Assembly: GCA_000182565.2 (NCBI GenBank)
Contig: KQ257465.1
Length of the DNA stretch: 64,000 nt
DNA from: Spizellomyces punctatus DAOM BR117
Lineage: Eukaryota
Strand: one strand, 5' to 3'
In this document: positions 44,078 to 57,192 of the stretch, piece by piece
How positions within the stretch are numbered: position 1 is the stretch's first letter
Layout of the letters: each line of letters starts with the position of its first letter
The notes under the pieces: generated by a model
What the model was told of the DNA's origin: nothing
Database searches by the model: none
Seen by the model: the letters and a program-made list of their open reading frames with translations, nothing else
Made by a program: the position numbers and the translations under genes

Positions 44078-44776
44078 AACCAGCGAGCCGTGGAGACTGG
44101 AAGCCGTCGATTTGCAAAAGAACGGCAGCGGATGAAAGCCGGCGGTATTGACCTCATAGAATCACGTATCCCAAGCCACAAGACGATGAACCTCATAGAC
44201 TTCATGCGTTACCTTCTCGTTCGCCGCACTGATTGGGATCGTCGAAAGGAGTTCTACTCCCACCCTGCTCATACTCGATGGAAATGGCACGCATTCATAA
44301 ACCGTCAGAAGAGCGAATCAGACCTCATATCCAACATGCGCAACAAGTACGGCGACAACTTTACTGTCGTGATGGGTGATTGGAGCGACGCCGGTCGAAC
44401 TGCGAGATTTCAGACCTCATCAAAGACGAAAGGTTGGCGCACCCTCTTCAAGCGCAACAGGATCAACTGCTTCCTTCTCGACGAGTACAAGACCTCATCT
44501 GTCTGCCCTCACTGTTTGGCCTCATCCGCTGACTTCCTTGAAAAAGGCTTCAAAACACGACCTCATTCAAGACCTTGGCGCCGTCGCGAAGGCAAGATTG
44601 AAAAAGTCCATGGATTGCTGGGTTGTACCAACCCTAACTGTCAGCAAGCCTGGACGATGCGCTACTGGAACAGGGACACGCTGAGCACCTGCAACATGCT
44701 GATGATCGTGCAATCAATGTTAGATGGACACGGTAGACCAGAGGTGTTCAGGAGGGGTGTTCCAGTGGTAGCGTAG
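44078..44776 (+). pseudogene. Fanzor1 nuclease, fragment 3 (RuvC-II/III and zinc finger)
   Basis: NQRAVETGSRRF..VMGDWS..LDEYKTSSVCPHC..GCTNPNC..WNRD..GRPEVF; closely resembles the SpuFz1 C-terminus as recalled. Confidence 0.93.
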
Positions 44777-44795
44777 CGTAGACTAGTTAGATTAA

Positions 44796-44889
44796 GGTTT
44801 CCGAACTGGTTGTCGCCGGTTCAATCCCTGGTGCGGGTGCTAGTGCCAATACCCATCGGCTCCGCACTAACTATTATACCAAACTAGTT
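44796..44889 (+). ncRNA. Fanzor omega-RNA: scaffold ~44796-44869 plus flanking guide from 44870
   Basis: Hairpin GAACTGG/CCGGTTC, nested GTGCGG/CCGCAC and GGGT/ACCC pairing; overlaps the right TIR; resembles the SpuFz1 scaffold as recalled. The 3' end is estimated. Confidence 0.85.
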
Positions 44890-45440
44890 TCAGACTGTTC
44901 TCGCGTTAAAGATCCCAATCACTTGCAACGTTGGAGTCGTTGTCCCAAGATTCCCAAAGGTTGACAGGCATGCATGGGTTGCAAAGCAAATGTGTGTTTT
45001 TTAAGCCCCAGCCCGCAAACCGCTCAGCAAGTGCTGACCAGTAACAATGCCTTGGTCAACAGTCAGCCGAAATGACCAAGGATGACTTTATCTTCTTCCT
45101 TACGGCTGGCCGAGAGTCTAATAAAACATCTCCAACAATCGTCCACAGCGGCAATTTTGTCCCGTTATTTTGTCACCATACCAGGGTCGAAGTTACGCGA
45201 TGCAAAGCGACCTCCATACAAATATCACCAGATCCCCACAACCGCTGACGATACGCCGCATTCAAAGATTATTCTTGTCGTATTTTCCACAATATGGTAC
45301 TGGGCTTAATAAGACTGAGGGCCCCCTGGCAGAGGAAGAATAGTTAGATCCGGATACTTTGTCAAAATTGGATCCGGGTTGAATGCACCAGAAGGCCATG
45401 TCCAGTGGAACACTTCACACCATACCAAGATCACTTCATA

Positions 45441-47159
45441 ATGACCCGAACCGATCCCCTCGATGCTTTTAAAGCGTGGCTCTCTGAAAACGGAGCAAGT
45501 TTCCCTTCTCTCTCCTTCAAAGCTTCACGCTCTGGGTGCGAATCTCGCGGGAGAGGACTGTTTACCACGAACCGAATAACACTAGAGGAAGGGAAATCCA
45601 TCGCAACCGTGCCAGCTAAACTGGTCATCAACACTTCTTTAGTTGTACGAATTGCAAAGTATGGACGAACAACACCGGCTAAGAAGTTGGCTCAATGTGT
45701 GGACGGGTTGAGAAAAGGGGGTTTGAGTGCGGAAGGCGCGGCTTGGGAGAGGGTATGCTTGTTAGTGTTCCTCCTTTGGGGGTGGGTGTATTCTGAACCG
45801 TTGAGAGAAGAGACAGGCAGGGAGAGGGACAGTGGTGAAATTGTAGAAGAAGATCCGGCACTTTCCATCGACTTTTGGCTTCCCTATGTTCGTATACTTC
45901 CTGATATAGACGGCCTTGATACGCCGGTATTTTGGTCAGGATCGCCAGCATTGTCACTACTTAAGGGTATGGAACTAGATGATGCAGTAAGGGCCAAAAA
46001 ACTGAAGCTTACTCGCGAATACAGCGAGCTTCTCCCCCATTTGTCGATTCTTGATAATGCGAAGGGTCGCATCACGCTAGAAAGATTTATGTGGGCGGAT
46101 GGTGTTTTTTGGAGTCGTGTGCTATCATTTGGATCTGCGTTGGAAGGAACCGATACGACCACAAGCGATGATTACCACTTAGTTCCACTGGTAGACTTTT
46201 GCAATCATTCATTTGACCAGCACATTGGATGGCATATTTCTGAATCCGCGTCTTGCCGAGTGGAATTGAGGGCAGTCGATATGGCTGTTGGGGATGTTGC
46301 CGCCGACACCGAGCTTTTTATCAGCTACGGCCAGAAACCAAACTCAGAGTTATTGTTCATCCATGGATTTGTGGTGCCAGAAAATCCCTTTGAAACGCTC
46401 ATTGTACCCGCGCCGTTTATTGAAGGGAGTAATGTTCCATTTGAACCTGATGGTGACGAGGAATCGGAAGAAAGGGAACTGAGTGAAGAGGCTGAGATCG
46501 AGCGTGAAGAGCGGAAAATGCAGAAAATTGGTGCGCAGATTGCCATTAAGGATAAGCTCCAGTTCCTTTCTCTGTTGGGGCTGAGGAGGGTCATAGATAT
46601 CAGCCGACCTCCAATGAGCGGCAATGTCGACGAAGACGAACAGGGGGAGATTGAGGTTGATATGAACGATCCTACAAAAGGGCTACTTACTGACGATGGC
46701 CTTCTTGCCATGTATGTCTCCGTATTGACAGCGGAGGATGGATTCGGACGCACAGACGCTGGCGGTCCGAGAGATAACCCCGAGTACAACCTCGGCGGAC
46801 ATAAGATATTCCCCTTGACAAAGGAAACATTCTCTACCCTCGTTCAAGCACTTCCACATTACGAAGTCATCAGACTGCGAGTATTTGCCGTTCTCCTCGA
46901 CATGATCAACTTTCGACTCTACGAACTTTCTGGAGAATATACCCAAGGGCGCGCTACGCGTACAGCGCCTTTGAAAGAAGGCGATGTTATTACAACTGAA
47001 GACATGCGAATGAACAAGGTGGAAGTATTTAGGGAAGGGCAATATGATCTATTAGTGGCTGCTTTTGGCCTCTTGCAAACTCTGCAGGAACGGTGGGCTG
47101 AATTCGATGTGGTACAGGAGTACTTGACTGCAATACAGGCGGGTTCCGATGATGAATGA
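45441..47159 (+). CDS. SET-domain protein lysine methyltransferase (Rubisco-LSMT/Rkm/Efm-like)
   Basis: GRGLF, WLPYVRILP, LVPLVDFCNHS, ELFISYG.KPNSELLFIHGF. Confidence 0.9.
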   Translation: MTRTDPLDAFKAWLSENGASFPSLSFKASRSGCESRGRGLFTTNRITLEEGKSIATVPAKLVINTSLVVRIAKYGRTTPAKKLAQCVDGLRKGGLSAEGAAWERVCLLVFLLWGWVYSEPLREETGRERDSGEIVEEDPALSIDFWLPYVRILPDIDGLDTPVFWSGSPALSLLKGMELDDAVRAKKLKLTREYSELLPHLSILDNAKGRITLERFMWADGVFWSRVLSFGSALEGTDTTTSDDYHLVPLVDFCNHSFDQHIGWHISESASCRVELRAVDMAVGDVAADTELFISYGQKPNSELLFIHGFVVPENPFETLIVPAPFIEGSNVPFEPDGDEESEERELSEEAEIEREERKMQKIGAQIAIKDKLQFLSLLGLRRVIDISRPPMSGNVDEDEQGEIEVDMNDPTKGLLTDDGLLAMYVSVLTAEDGFGRTDAGGPRDNPEYNLGGHKIFPLTKETFSTLVQALPHYEVIRLRVFAVLLDMINFRLYELSGEYTQGRATRTAPLKEGDVITTEDMRMNKVEVFREGQYDLLVAAFGLLQTLQERWAEFDVVQEYLTAIQAGSDDE

Positions 47160-47368
47160 GATTTGTACTTACTGATTTGTTGTTTGGGGAAAAGGATAAT
47201 ATAGTGTAGTATAGGATATTGTTGTACAATAATGTACCGCCGGTCACTGTAACTCACAGTGAGGTATGGACATACTGACTAAGTCAAAAAAACACTACTC
47301 AGGTAACTACGGTGCAAGGGCCGTGAAACAGCAATAACTCGCTCGCACAACAAACTTGGAATGCAGGT

Positions 47369-48173
47369 TCAGCGGACCCTTGAATAACCCCATCGCACTT
47401 TCCCTGTCTTTGCCTTGCCCTCTCCTTCTGCCTTCTTGTCGCCACCTCCTTCCTTCTTGTCCGCCTTGTCACCAGCGGGTGCGCTTTCTGGCTTCCCACC
47501 GCCTCCAGCTGGTGCCGCTTTCTCGCCTTCACCTTCGGCCGCTGGAGCAGCTGCCGGAGGAGCAGCCGGCGTAGGAACGAGCGTCGTGCCAAGGGAATCG
47601 ACGTGTGGGAGGAGGGGCTTGAGCACCGTATTATAAACGGCAGACGCACCCTTTGTGGCCGGCGAGGCGAGCCATACAATGATGATCAACTTGAATGTGT
47701 AGTAGAAGGGGAAGACATATAAAACGTAGTCGATCCCATATTCCAATAGATTGAAGAATCCAAAAGCGGCCCTGATAGCATCCAATTGAGTAAGATGACC
47801 ATGCTTTAGTGCTACGTGTGATATACTTACCAGTAAGCTAACCACTGAGTTTGAACATCCTTCTCGCCTCCAACCGCTTTCAAACTCATGTACGACGGGT
47901 AGATATATCCGCACACATCGGTCAGTAGATTAGCGTATAGATTGTTGAAGACGAGGAGGAAGATTAGGAGACCGAACGTAGATAGACCAGCTAGATGGAC
48001 TTTATGTATTCCCAGCTGCTTTTCCAGTGATACGATGAGAGGTACGGTGGAAAGCGTCTTGTCTAGCTGTATGGATGTATCAGTTATTTCATGTAATCAG
48101 TTTTACGTCCCCGGCTGGACTATCAATGCGGACATACTTCCTCAACCCTCTTCAGCAGTTCCTCCTTTGTCAT
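47369..48173 (-). CDS. YOP1: YOP1/REEP (TB2/DP1/HVA22) ER-shaping protein, multi-exon
   Basis: AAFGFFNLLEY..FPFYYTFKL..WL..P.TKGA..VY..LKP; upstream exons with YLPVV..FKAV..QWLAYW. Confidence 0.8.
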
Positions 48174-49460
48174 AGACTGGACATTGACAGTCGGAATCAA
48201 AACCATTTTGATGAATGTCAAATAAGAACTGCTTATTCTTTGGCGAGCGGACGCAGCAGACAACAGTGAGCGACCCAGAAAGAAACGTGGAGTAGAAAGA
48301 AGCCGTGTCACACGGATATCGGCCTGGAGGTAAATGGTGATAAAAAAGTTCTAAAAAGACTAAATGTTCGTGCGTATGAGGTATTTTATCTTTCGGCAGG
48401 TTGTGCTGTCAAATAATTTGGAGTGTTGGGGAGTTGGACAGGAGACCAACGATTTTCTGGTCTTGTCTTTGTTTTTTTTTCGCGGGACAAACGCAAAGGT
48501 GCGCGGACAAGAGTGCGAAGTGTACACTATTTTTGCAAGGGGTTAACCTCCGTACTGCCCAGCAATCTGCGCATCGAGAGTGTACGTAAGGCGCCAAAGA
48601 GTTGCCAGCCGGAAAACTCGTGCATTGGGTGGCAGAAGGCTATGGATTTGAGCTTTGCACTCCACGCTTCTCGCTGCATTCCATCAGTGCCGTCTCTGGT
48701 CCGTTGAACACATCCCGCAATTTCTGCAAGTCCGAGTGAGGACGGTCATATTGTCACCCTAAATCCCAATCGAATCAAATCAACCATGAATCGAATCGAT
48801 CACTTTTTATTTTTTCTGCTGCGCCACGCCCTCTCGATCTCTATATAAACGCTCGCTTGCCAGCATCCCCTCGCTTCTTCTTTATCAGTAGAACAATCAT
48901 AACAATGCTCCATAAAGTTCGTGACACGACATATTCCCTTTTGTGTGTCCCGCGTTCCCGGAGTTCAGAGATATATTCCACTCTCAAACGCTCGCATCGT
49001 TCAGGGAACTCGTTAGAGTTGCATATTCCGATGTGGTTGCACCTGTCGAGTGGTATATTTATTTAGTTCAGGCGGTGGTTTATGCAAATGAACATTGTTA
49101 CGGCAACCTGGCAATCACGGCCTGTTGGTGGTCGTATGCAAATGTCTGCTAAATGGCGATACGGAGAGTATACCAAACAGCCTATACTCATTCAGTTATC
49201 AGGAATCAACGTTTGGCCTCGGTAAGGCTGGTCGCGAGGGTATGTCTTGATTCCCAAGTTGGTTTTGAATGTTGAGGTTTCCAGTGCGGTGAAAGCATGG
49301 GATGAAATCGAGATACCTCATGAATGGCAACTGGTCCAAGTTTTGACATCGTCATAACAACGAGATTTCGTCCAACGTGGTGTGGACGGACGCAATGATG
49401 GATCTTGAATTGGCAAAAGAACACAACTCTATATTCCTACTATAACAAGTCCTATTGATA

Positions 49461-52400
49461 TCAATCTAATTCCGGGTTGGCCAAATCCACAAAATGCATC
49501 AAAAACATTCGGCGTTTCCTAATCATCACTTCCTCTGCATTTCCACTTCCACTACGGGCCGTTGCAAGATTCGCCGTGCTGCCCGCTGGCGTCGTAGTGC
49601 CAGACAACGTCATTCCAATGGCTCCCCCGGTTCCTCCACTCATCATCACCTTGCCTGCTAACTGGCCACTTTTACCTGTGCTAACTGTTGCGTACTTGAT
49701 GCCAGACGATGAGCGTTTGTTTGCCAAGGATACAGCCGGGCCTCGGTTCGTGTTGAACTGGGCAAGGGACTCGGAGCTGTTCGTAGCGCTTCCGTCCAAT
49801 GATTTGGGAATCCGCAAAAGAGCGGGGCCAAAGATCTCGGCTGAAATGCAAACGATCAATTAGAATCATATTTTGAGAGATCAAAACCTATGCTGAGGAG
49901 CTCACCTAGCCGCTCAACATTCAATTCGCCCCGTCCCTTATAATTCTCAACAACCGCTCTCAAAAACTTTACAACATACTTGAAAACGTTGTAATTAGTG
50001 GACGGCAGCCTCTGCACGGTTTGTCTGGCGGCCACATATGTCAAATAGCCTTCCTGTATACATCGAGTCGACATTCCATCGGGGACGACTGGTTCAAGAA
50101 GACTATCCAAAAACTTGATCAGTGTTTCTGCCATGGAGCATACCGCCACAGCTCGTCCGCGAGGTCGTGGACGGGGTATTGTGCCGCTAGACGGTAAAAT
50201 ATGGGTAGAGGAGCCGAGGCCGACAAGGGTTTGCGAGTGAACATGGGGGTTATCTTTCAACAGTTTATCAATATCGACTTTAACGCTATCGCGCTTTTCA
50301 ATGGGGGTGCGACTCCCACTGGGAGGTGTCGGGCTGTCTGTGGTTGACGACCGTCGGGATGTGTCCCCGTCCTCGTCATCGGCCTCATCATCGTCTGCGT
50401 CATCGGCAGACTCTGGCGGTTCAGAATCGGGATCCATGAGGAGAACTGACACGTCGAATTCGGCTCCCGTATCGAGACACTCCCGGATGTACTCTTCTGT
50501 CGCGGGATCCCCGCTGGATGTGAATAAATTGTCCTATAAACGGTGGCGAGTCAGTACTCTGAATCAGCCGTGGATAGTACCAAAAACTTACAATATCCAT
50601 TCCAAACCGAAACAAGAAATCAATGACTCTCCACAGTTGAAATGGCAAACTGAATCGATTATCCGCGCCAGGTTTAGGAGGTGTAGGACTCAATCCGTCC
50701 TCGTGATCATGAATCGTTCGCTCTGATCCTTCCGCAGACTCCGCTCCATCCTCTGTAAGTGCATCCCGCTCTGGTGAGCTCTCAGACAGATCCAAAATGC
50801 TCTTCCGCTCTTCCATGGTCCACTCTCGAACGGGTTTAACGAATTGACAGAGTGCGTCAAGTTTGTTACCGAAGCAACTATTGAGCCAAGTTCCTGATAT
50901 GGAAAGGAAATGGTCTTTGCCGTTTTCGGTATGTAGAATAAGAATATCCTCCAACGTATCGACTCCAAAGTTTAGAGATGGTGCCGTCTCATTGTCTACT
51001 AGAACCGTCACGTTGACCTTCACTTGATCGCCTACGTACAAGACTGTCAGCCACTCCTTAGCACCACGAGGAATATACCTGGTCTAATACCTGGCAACAG
51101 CATGCTAACGGGTGGGTTGATATAACACCATGGTTTGCATGGATGCTTTTCATCCGGTTTGGGTATAAATCTATATTGCGCAAGAACCTGGAAAGCCGTG
51201 CGATAAGACCTCCAGTACGTATTGTTGCAATCCTATATACACCCACCTGGCCCTTATTTTCAACTACCAGCGTCTTGGTTACCGGTACATTGAATCGAAT
51301 ATCACCAAATTCCAACATGTTCAAGTTCACAACCAAGTCAGGTAAGGATTCGTTCTCGAACTTGTCGAGCTCGCGGTGGATATCTTCATGGACTGTGGTG
51401 AATCTCTCTTTGTCTACCTTACGGACCTGCGCCATCGTACTTTTCAATGAAGCACACAGCAATCAGAGAATTCCCAATTACCAAAGTTATACCTTGGTTT
51501 CGAAAAGAGCCATCACTGGTTTATGGTCACTCATGGTTAGATCCATACAGCTGCGGTACCATAAGACTTTGGCCCAGTCTGGGTCCTCGGTGTGCAGCGG
51601 GTTTTGAAACCACAAGATGCGGTCACAGAATGAAGGCGTCCTCTGTTTCTCGCTAGAGACAAGCTAGCATTAGCATCGCGTCACGAGTTGGACAGATGAA
51701 AGATACCTAGTGTCGAATCGTGAGGTTCCAATGTCATATTTGAAAGTTGGTGGGAATGTGATCGGGCCCTCCTTAAACCCATTGAATGCGCGTTTTGCGC
51801 TTTGCTCCATCAGCAGCTACAGTGACGACAATCAAGTCAGGTAACTGAGTATCGCAAAGTCAATAATACACAACATGTACCTGGTCAAATTGCAATAGCT
51901 GCTCAATGTCTCCTTTGCTGACGAGGGCCTTGACGTCACTACCTGGAAGCGAGATGCGATAGTTCAAGTCACCTAAGTAGAATAAGTGACTGATATATAC
52001 ATGAGCTCCAGCAGTACGTAGGCCGATGCGAATCTGTAAACACGCACTCAACGTCGAATACTGTGGTAACATTTTTGCCAGGCCCCGTAGGTGACCCCGC
52101 CACAGCTATTGAAGAGGCTGCACTGTGACGAGAGTCGTAGTAGCTCGCGACCCACGGGTTGCTATGCGTGTAAGCGGTGAAATCTGGGTACTGAGACGGC
52201 AGATTGAAGACTATTCTCCGACATATCTCCTGGTAATCTTGATTTCGCCGTTCCACCATGCTCGCGTCCGCTGCGAGATGTGAATTGACGAAACAAAAGT
52301 AGGAATCGTAATATCGGAAGCGTATTGCGGTGGCTCCTTTATTGCCCTGAAGAGAGATAATTTGGATTGAGTGGGAACAGCAGGAAACGACATAATGCAT

Positions 52401-54172
52401 TTGCGTACCATCATGCCAAGTAGACCCGTGCCCAGGTACTCTGCCGATATCTCCTTCACTTTATCCCGCTCCTTTTCATCTATATACAGGACGATGAGCA
52501 TCCCAACGAGCTGCTTGGAAGCCACCTAAGCTTGTGCACCGACGGTCAATGACTATACACCTAGACAGCCTAATCTCAGATATGATTAACCTTGACATAT
52601 TTCTTTCCCCTGGACTTGAGAGCTTGCTCGATTGCCTTTGACCATTCCTCCTCCTTTGTGGTGTCGCTGTATAGGTATGCTTGTGTGTTGAGGTCTAGTT
52701 CTTGAAATCTACCGTTTGCCACAGGTCATTTTCAGCGAAAGGTCACCTATGTGTTGGCACTGGCGATACAAACCCCAGAACAAATAACGATGGATCTTCT
52801 TCTGCGGTCTGGAGCCACGGCGCGATAGACTGCGATGGCGGTTGTCCATTTACGTTCCATGATCCGACAAACATGCTGCACAGACTGGTATCAGTCCTCA
52901 TGCCCTATCCAGTCGACATCACCAATTTATGTACCGCTTGGACTCAAAATCGACAAATTTGGCTTCTCTAGCACGAAGTTCTTTCGCAGCCCACGCTTCT
53001 TTGATAGCTTTAACATTGCCGCCGGAGACTGAGCTATCGAGATTGATGAAGGGATTCGGTAGGGAGGATTGCGCACGTTCTAGCACGAGCATAAGCACAG
53101 CTCGCAATCCCGTAAATCTACACCATCAAAAATCTTTTATACCTTCTTCAGCCTCATCTATCCATCATAATGAATCAGATACATGCGCATATGTGGAATT
53201 GGACGGTCTACGTACTGTACTTCTCCGCCTGTGTTAAAGCACTCGAGGCACTCTTACGACTGTTCTCATAGAACTGGACCCAATTGTGAGTCCCACCGTC
53301 TAGTACGTATCCCCTTTGTTCTGCATTGTCATAAGTCAGGATCGGTCTAACATCATATCGTCAGTCAGGACATACGTGCAACGGCCATCAATCGCTTCAA
53401 TTCCACGAGGACGGGTTGCAGGGATTGTAATGCGGATATTTCTAGCTTCACCTCCCTGCTGCCGGACGATAGGCGCAAGGTGAAATCTTGAAAAGCAACG
53501 AATTCAATTCCAAGTTTCAGTGTTCTGGGTTCGAAGCCACCCACCAGTTCGCCCTTGTTGTTGGCGGTTGACGTCATTTAGATTGACTGGTTTGCTCTGA
53601 GCTGAAAGAGACGATCAACACAACGGAGATGAAAATATTCGGAATACGTGCACATACAAACAGAAAGGCGGAAGTCTGTGTATATGGGTAATATTTCGAA
53701 GATTCCGGCGGCATCGCCGACTCTTCGCTTCAGTATGAATACACTAGTCAGGGGAAAGAAAGACGTGGACACTCTACATGAGTGCCGTATATATCCCGCT
53801 GCTGATCCCTCTCCAACCGTTATACGCCATGATATTTTCACGATCTTGTCACAATGTCGAAACGTGAATCTGACAGCGCATACTCACCATGCCTCTTCTC
53901 CACCTTGCACATTCATTATCACAGCAAGAATGCGTCTCTTTCGCTCTCCATTTCTTTTCACATACCGCAATTCTACAAAGTAATAGCAAAACGCCAACGA
54001 ACAGGCTCAAAGTTAAGGACAACAGGGCAGATTGACGATCTTCGCCCGGCACAATAGCGATAAAGGAATGACAAATCCCACAATGTAAAATGATAAACAA
54101 TATAAAGAAGGATATGACTTTGCAAACTTCGGTGGGCCGTAGTAAAGCGTTTATGGCTTCGCTTTCGGGCAT
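49461..54172 (-). CDS. OCRL/INPP5B-like inositol polyphosphate 5-phosphatase (phosphatase, ASH, RhoGAP-like), multi-exon; ends approximate
   Basis: [64 protein letters not shown]. Confidence 0.9.
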
Positions 54173-54972
54173 GCTCGAGTGAGGCTTGTCGGTGGCGGGA
54201 AACTATCAGCAGGCGGGGGCAATGGAGACAACCCAACTTTGGTCGCTTTAGGCTTTCCGGAATATCACCTATACGCTAGCAACCCAATTTGGCTACTGAG
54301 ACGGCGCGTTTTCTGGGAGATGAAGCTGGCAAATTGTGGTCAGTCTACCAAGATCGTGACGCCGGCAGTAGGAATCATTTGCTGAACCAAGCATCCGTAA
54401 GCTGTGCGAAGGCACGTGACATTTGCAATGGAATAAATTTCACCAAACAAACATTCCTGAACACATCAAAAGCTCGAGGTGTTCAGATATAAACAAACAT
54501 AAAGTGCCAAAGGCTGTTAATTTTGGTTAGTTAAATGATGCAGGCTGTTCAATGGGACAAGTAGCTGCAAGTGTGGTGGACTATGATCGCAACTTTGCAC
54601 TGGAAGATGGGACATGTACCCGTTCAGGGTTCGGCTTGGCTTTTTCTTCCTCCTCTTGTGGTCGGCACAATGTTCTTCTTATCACTCCAAAGACGGGAAC
54701 ATGCACGCACAACGGCCTGTCTGAGATCCAACCTTTTCTTTCAACACGTGCATGTCCGCTACCAGAGAAGAAAAACTGGAAGGCAAAAAGCTCAACTGTT
54801 GAGAATACGCAACAAGAAAAAAAATTTGAGTTCGCGCAAAGGAAAAGCACGTTGAGAGAACGTCGGAGCATAAAATGGACAAGGATGGAAGAGTTCCCCA
54901 CAAGGATCCTTCCTGCAGGCTGACTGCATCTTCATTTATATCGCTTGCTGGTCGAGTGTTTTGGCATACGCG

Positions 54973-57192
54973 ATGAAGTTTGCATCTGTCTCGCTTGCTT
55001 TGCTTGGGGCAGCTACCCTGGTCTCTGGGCACCCTATAAAAGGTAGATGCCGCCCCAGCAAGGGAGGAGCCAATAAGCCATCGTACCCTATTACCACACC
55101 TGGTACTGGCTATGAGCCTTCTCAGCCGATCCCGACGCTGACACCGGGTAATGGAGAGAGTCCTAACCCAGGGTACCCGGCCATTCCTACTCCTGGAAGC
55201 GGTACTGGAGCCGAGCCTTCTTACCCGATCCCCACCCCTACTCCCGGCACTGGAGGAAATGACAACCTACCTGGTTACCCCTCAGTCCCGGCGCCGGGCA
55301 ATGGAAACGGGGGAAACCCTTCGTACCCTACCCCTGGAAACGAGGGTAAGCCTTACCCGACACCGGGCAATGGCGGAAATCCTTCCTACCCTACCCCAGG
55401 AAACGGAGGCAAGCCTTACCCGACACCGGGCAACGGAACCGTTGGACATCCCTCGTATCCTACCCCTGGAAATGGTAGCCAGCCAACCTACCCGACGTTC
55501 CCCCTTCCCGGAAATGGCACCAAACCTGGCAACGGTACCACCAAGAGGAACACTATGACCGTTCTGGCTACCAATGACATTCACACTCGCCTCGACCAAT
55601 TCAACAAGGGCGGTACGGATTGTAGGCAGAAAGATATCGACAGCAACACTTGCTATGGTGGTGCCGCTCGTATTCAGTACCTCGTCAGCAAATTCCGATC
55701 GGAACGCGACGATGTCGTTCTGCTTGACGCTGGTGATCAGTTCCAAGGTACTCTCTTCTTCAACGTGTACGGTGCCTCTGCAAGTGCAGAGATTATGAAC
55801 CAGCTCAAGTACACGGCCATGTGTATCGGTAACCACGAATTCGACAAGGGTGTTGAATATGCTAGCACTTTCTTCAAGAACTTGACGTTCCCGGTCATTT
55901 CGAGTAACATTGACTTGCAGACTGCTCCTAAACTGGCAGAGGTGGGAGTGAAACCCTACATTGTACTGAAGGAGTATGGTGTGGGTATCATTGGCTACAT
56001 TACCAACACGACTAGTCAGATTACCACTGGTGAGTTTTGTTACAGATATTGTATGAATCTATTGACAATGTTGCTGAACGCGATGCCAACAGGTGCCAAG
56101 GACATTGTTTTCCGTAACCCAGTTCCTGTGGTTCAAAAGTACGTTGACGAACTTCAAAGCCAAGGCATCAAGCGTATTATCTGCTTGTCCCACAATGGTT
56201 ACGCCCAAGACAAGTATCTTGCCGAAAAGTACGTTGGATGTACCCTTTCCACATGGATGTAAACCTTCTAATTTCTGTTATCCTTTTCCAGTGTTCGTGG
56301 TCTCAACTTGATTGTGGGGGGTCACTCCCACTCCCTCCTCCTCAACAACCAGACGGTACCTGGTGTAGAGGGCCCCTACCCAACAGAGGTCACCAACCCA
56401 GACAACAAAACAACCTACATTGTCCAGTCCCACCGTTATGGCGACTACCTTGGCCACGTCTCGTTGACCTGGAACGATGCCGACGAATTGGTTAACTTTA
56501 CGGGCGAGTCCATCCTATTGGACCAGACTATCCCTATTGACAACTCTACAGCGGCCAAGGTTGCTGAGTGGCGAAAGGGCTTTGCTGCCTTGACTGAAGA
56601 AGTGGTTGGTCAAGCTACCGCGGACTTCCCTAACGCTGGATGCGGTGCTGGAGAATGCGCTATTGGAAACCTCATTGCAGATTCAATGTTGGACAACAGG
56701 AAGGCCACCGGCGGTCAAATCGCCTTTGTGAACAGTGGCAGTATCCGTGCTGCGCTGGAAAAGGGCGATATTAGCGTTGCTGACGTCCTCACTATTCTGC
56801 CATTTGGCAACTCTATGATACAGTTCCCATACACAGGAGCACAGATTATGGAGGTTCTTGAGCGCCAGGCAGCCGGCAAATCCAAAGCCGGTGTACCACT
56901 CACTTCCATCTCCCAATGGGCTGGACTCAAGTTTTCGTATGACGCCGCTGCCCCCGAGTTCTCTCGCGTTAAATCGGTGGTAGTCGTCAGTTCTGACGGG
57001 AAAGAAGAACCACTCGATCTCAACAAGACCTACCAAGCCGTTACAAATGATTTCGTTGCCGGAGGTGGTGATGGGATTATGCCCCCAGTGTCGGCTGCTC
57101 CTGGCGACCTTCAGTCTGACGTGTTCATTGCCTATGTCTCAAAGCTGAAGACCGTGTCTCCCAAATTAGAAGGTCGCATCAGCAAGATTTAA
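54973..57192 (+). CDS. Secreted 5'-nucleotidase/apyrase-like protein with Pro/Gly-rich N-terminal repeats
   Basis: Signal peptide; TNDIH, DAGD, GNHEFD, LSH.G, GGHSH, NSGSIR, LPFGN. Confidence 0.92.

Larger units (their letters stand above)
13723..44869 (+). mobile_element. Fanzor1-encoding TIR transposon (Spu-1-like, ~2.1 kb without its two nested insertions); no transposase gene
   Basis: 33-bp TIRs with 2 mismatches (13723-13755; 44837-44869), each ending in TA (possible TSD). Fanzor ORF pieces and omega-RNA lie between them. Confidence 0.93.

Noticed and set aside
43533-44151. Repetitive ORFs (VPKPIVRKN, FFRTMGFGT, YYGFWYILP) across the TIR arrays
   Set aside because: Open in several frames only because the 27-bp unit lacks stops; no coding evidence.
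44767-44840. tRNA gene
   Set aside because: It has a T-loop-like motif, but acceptor and T stems pair poorly; the omega-RNA explains the sequence.
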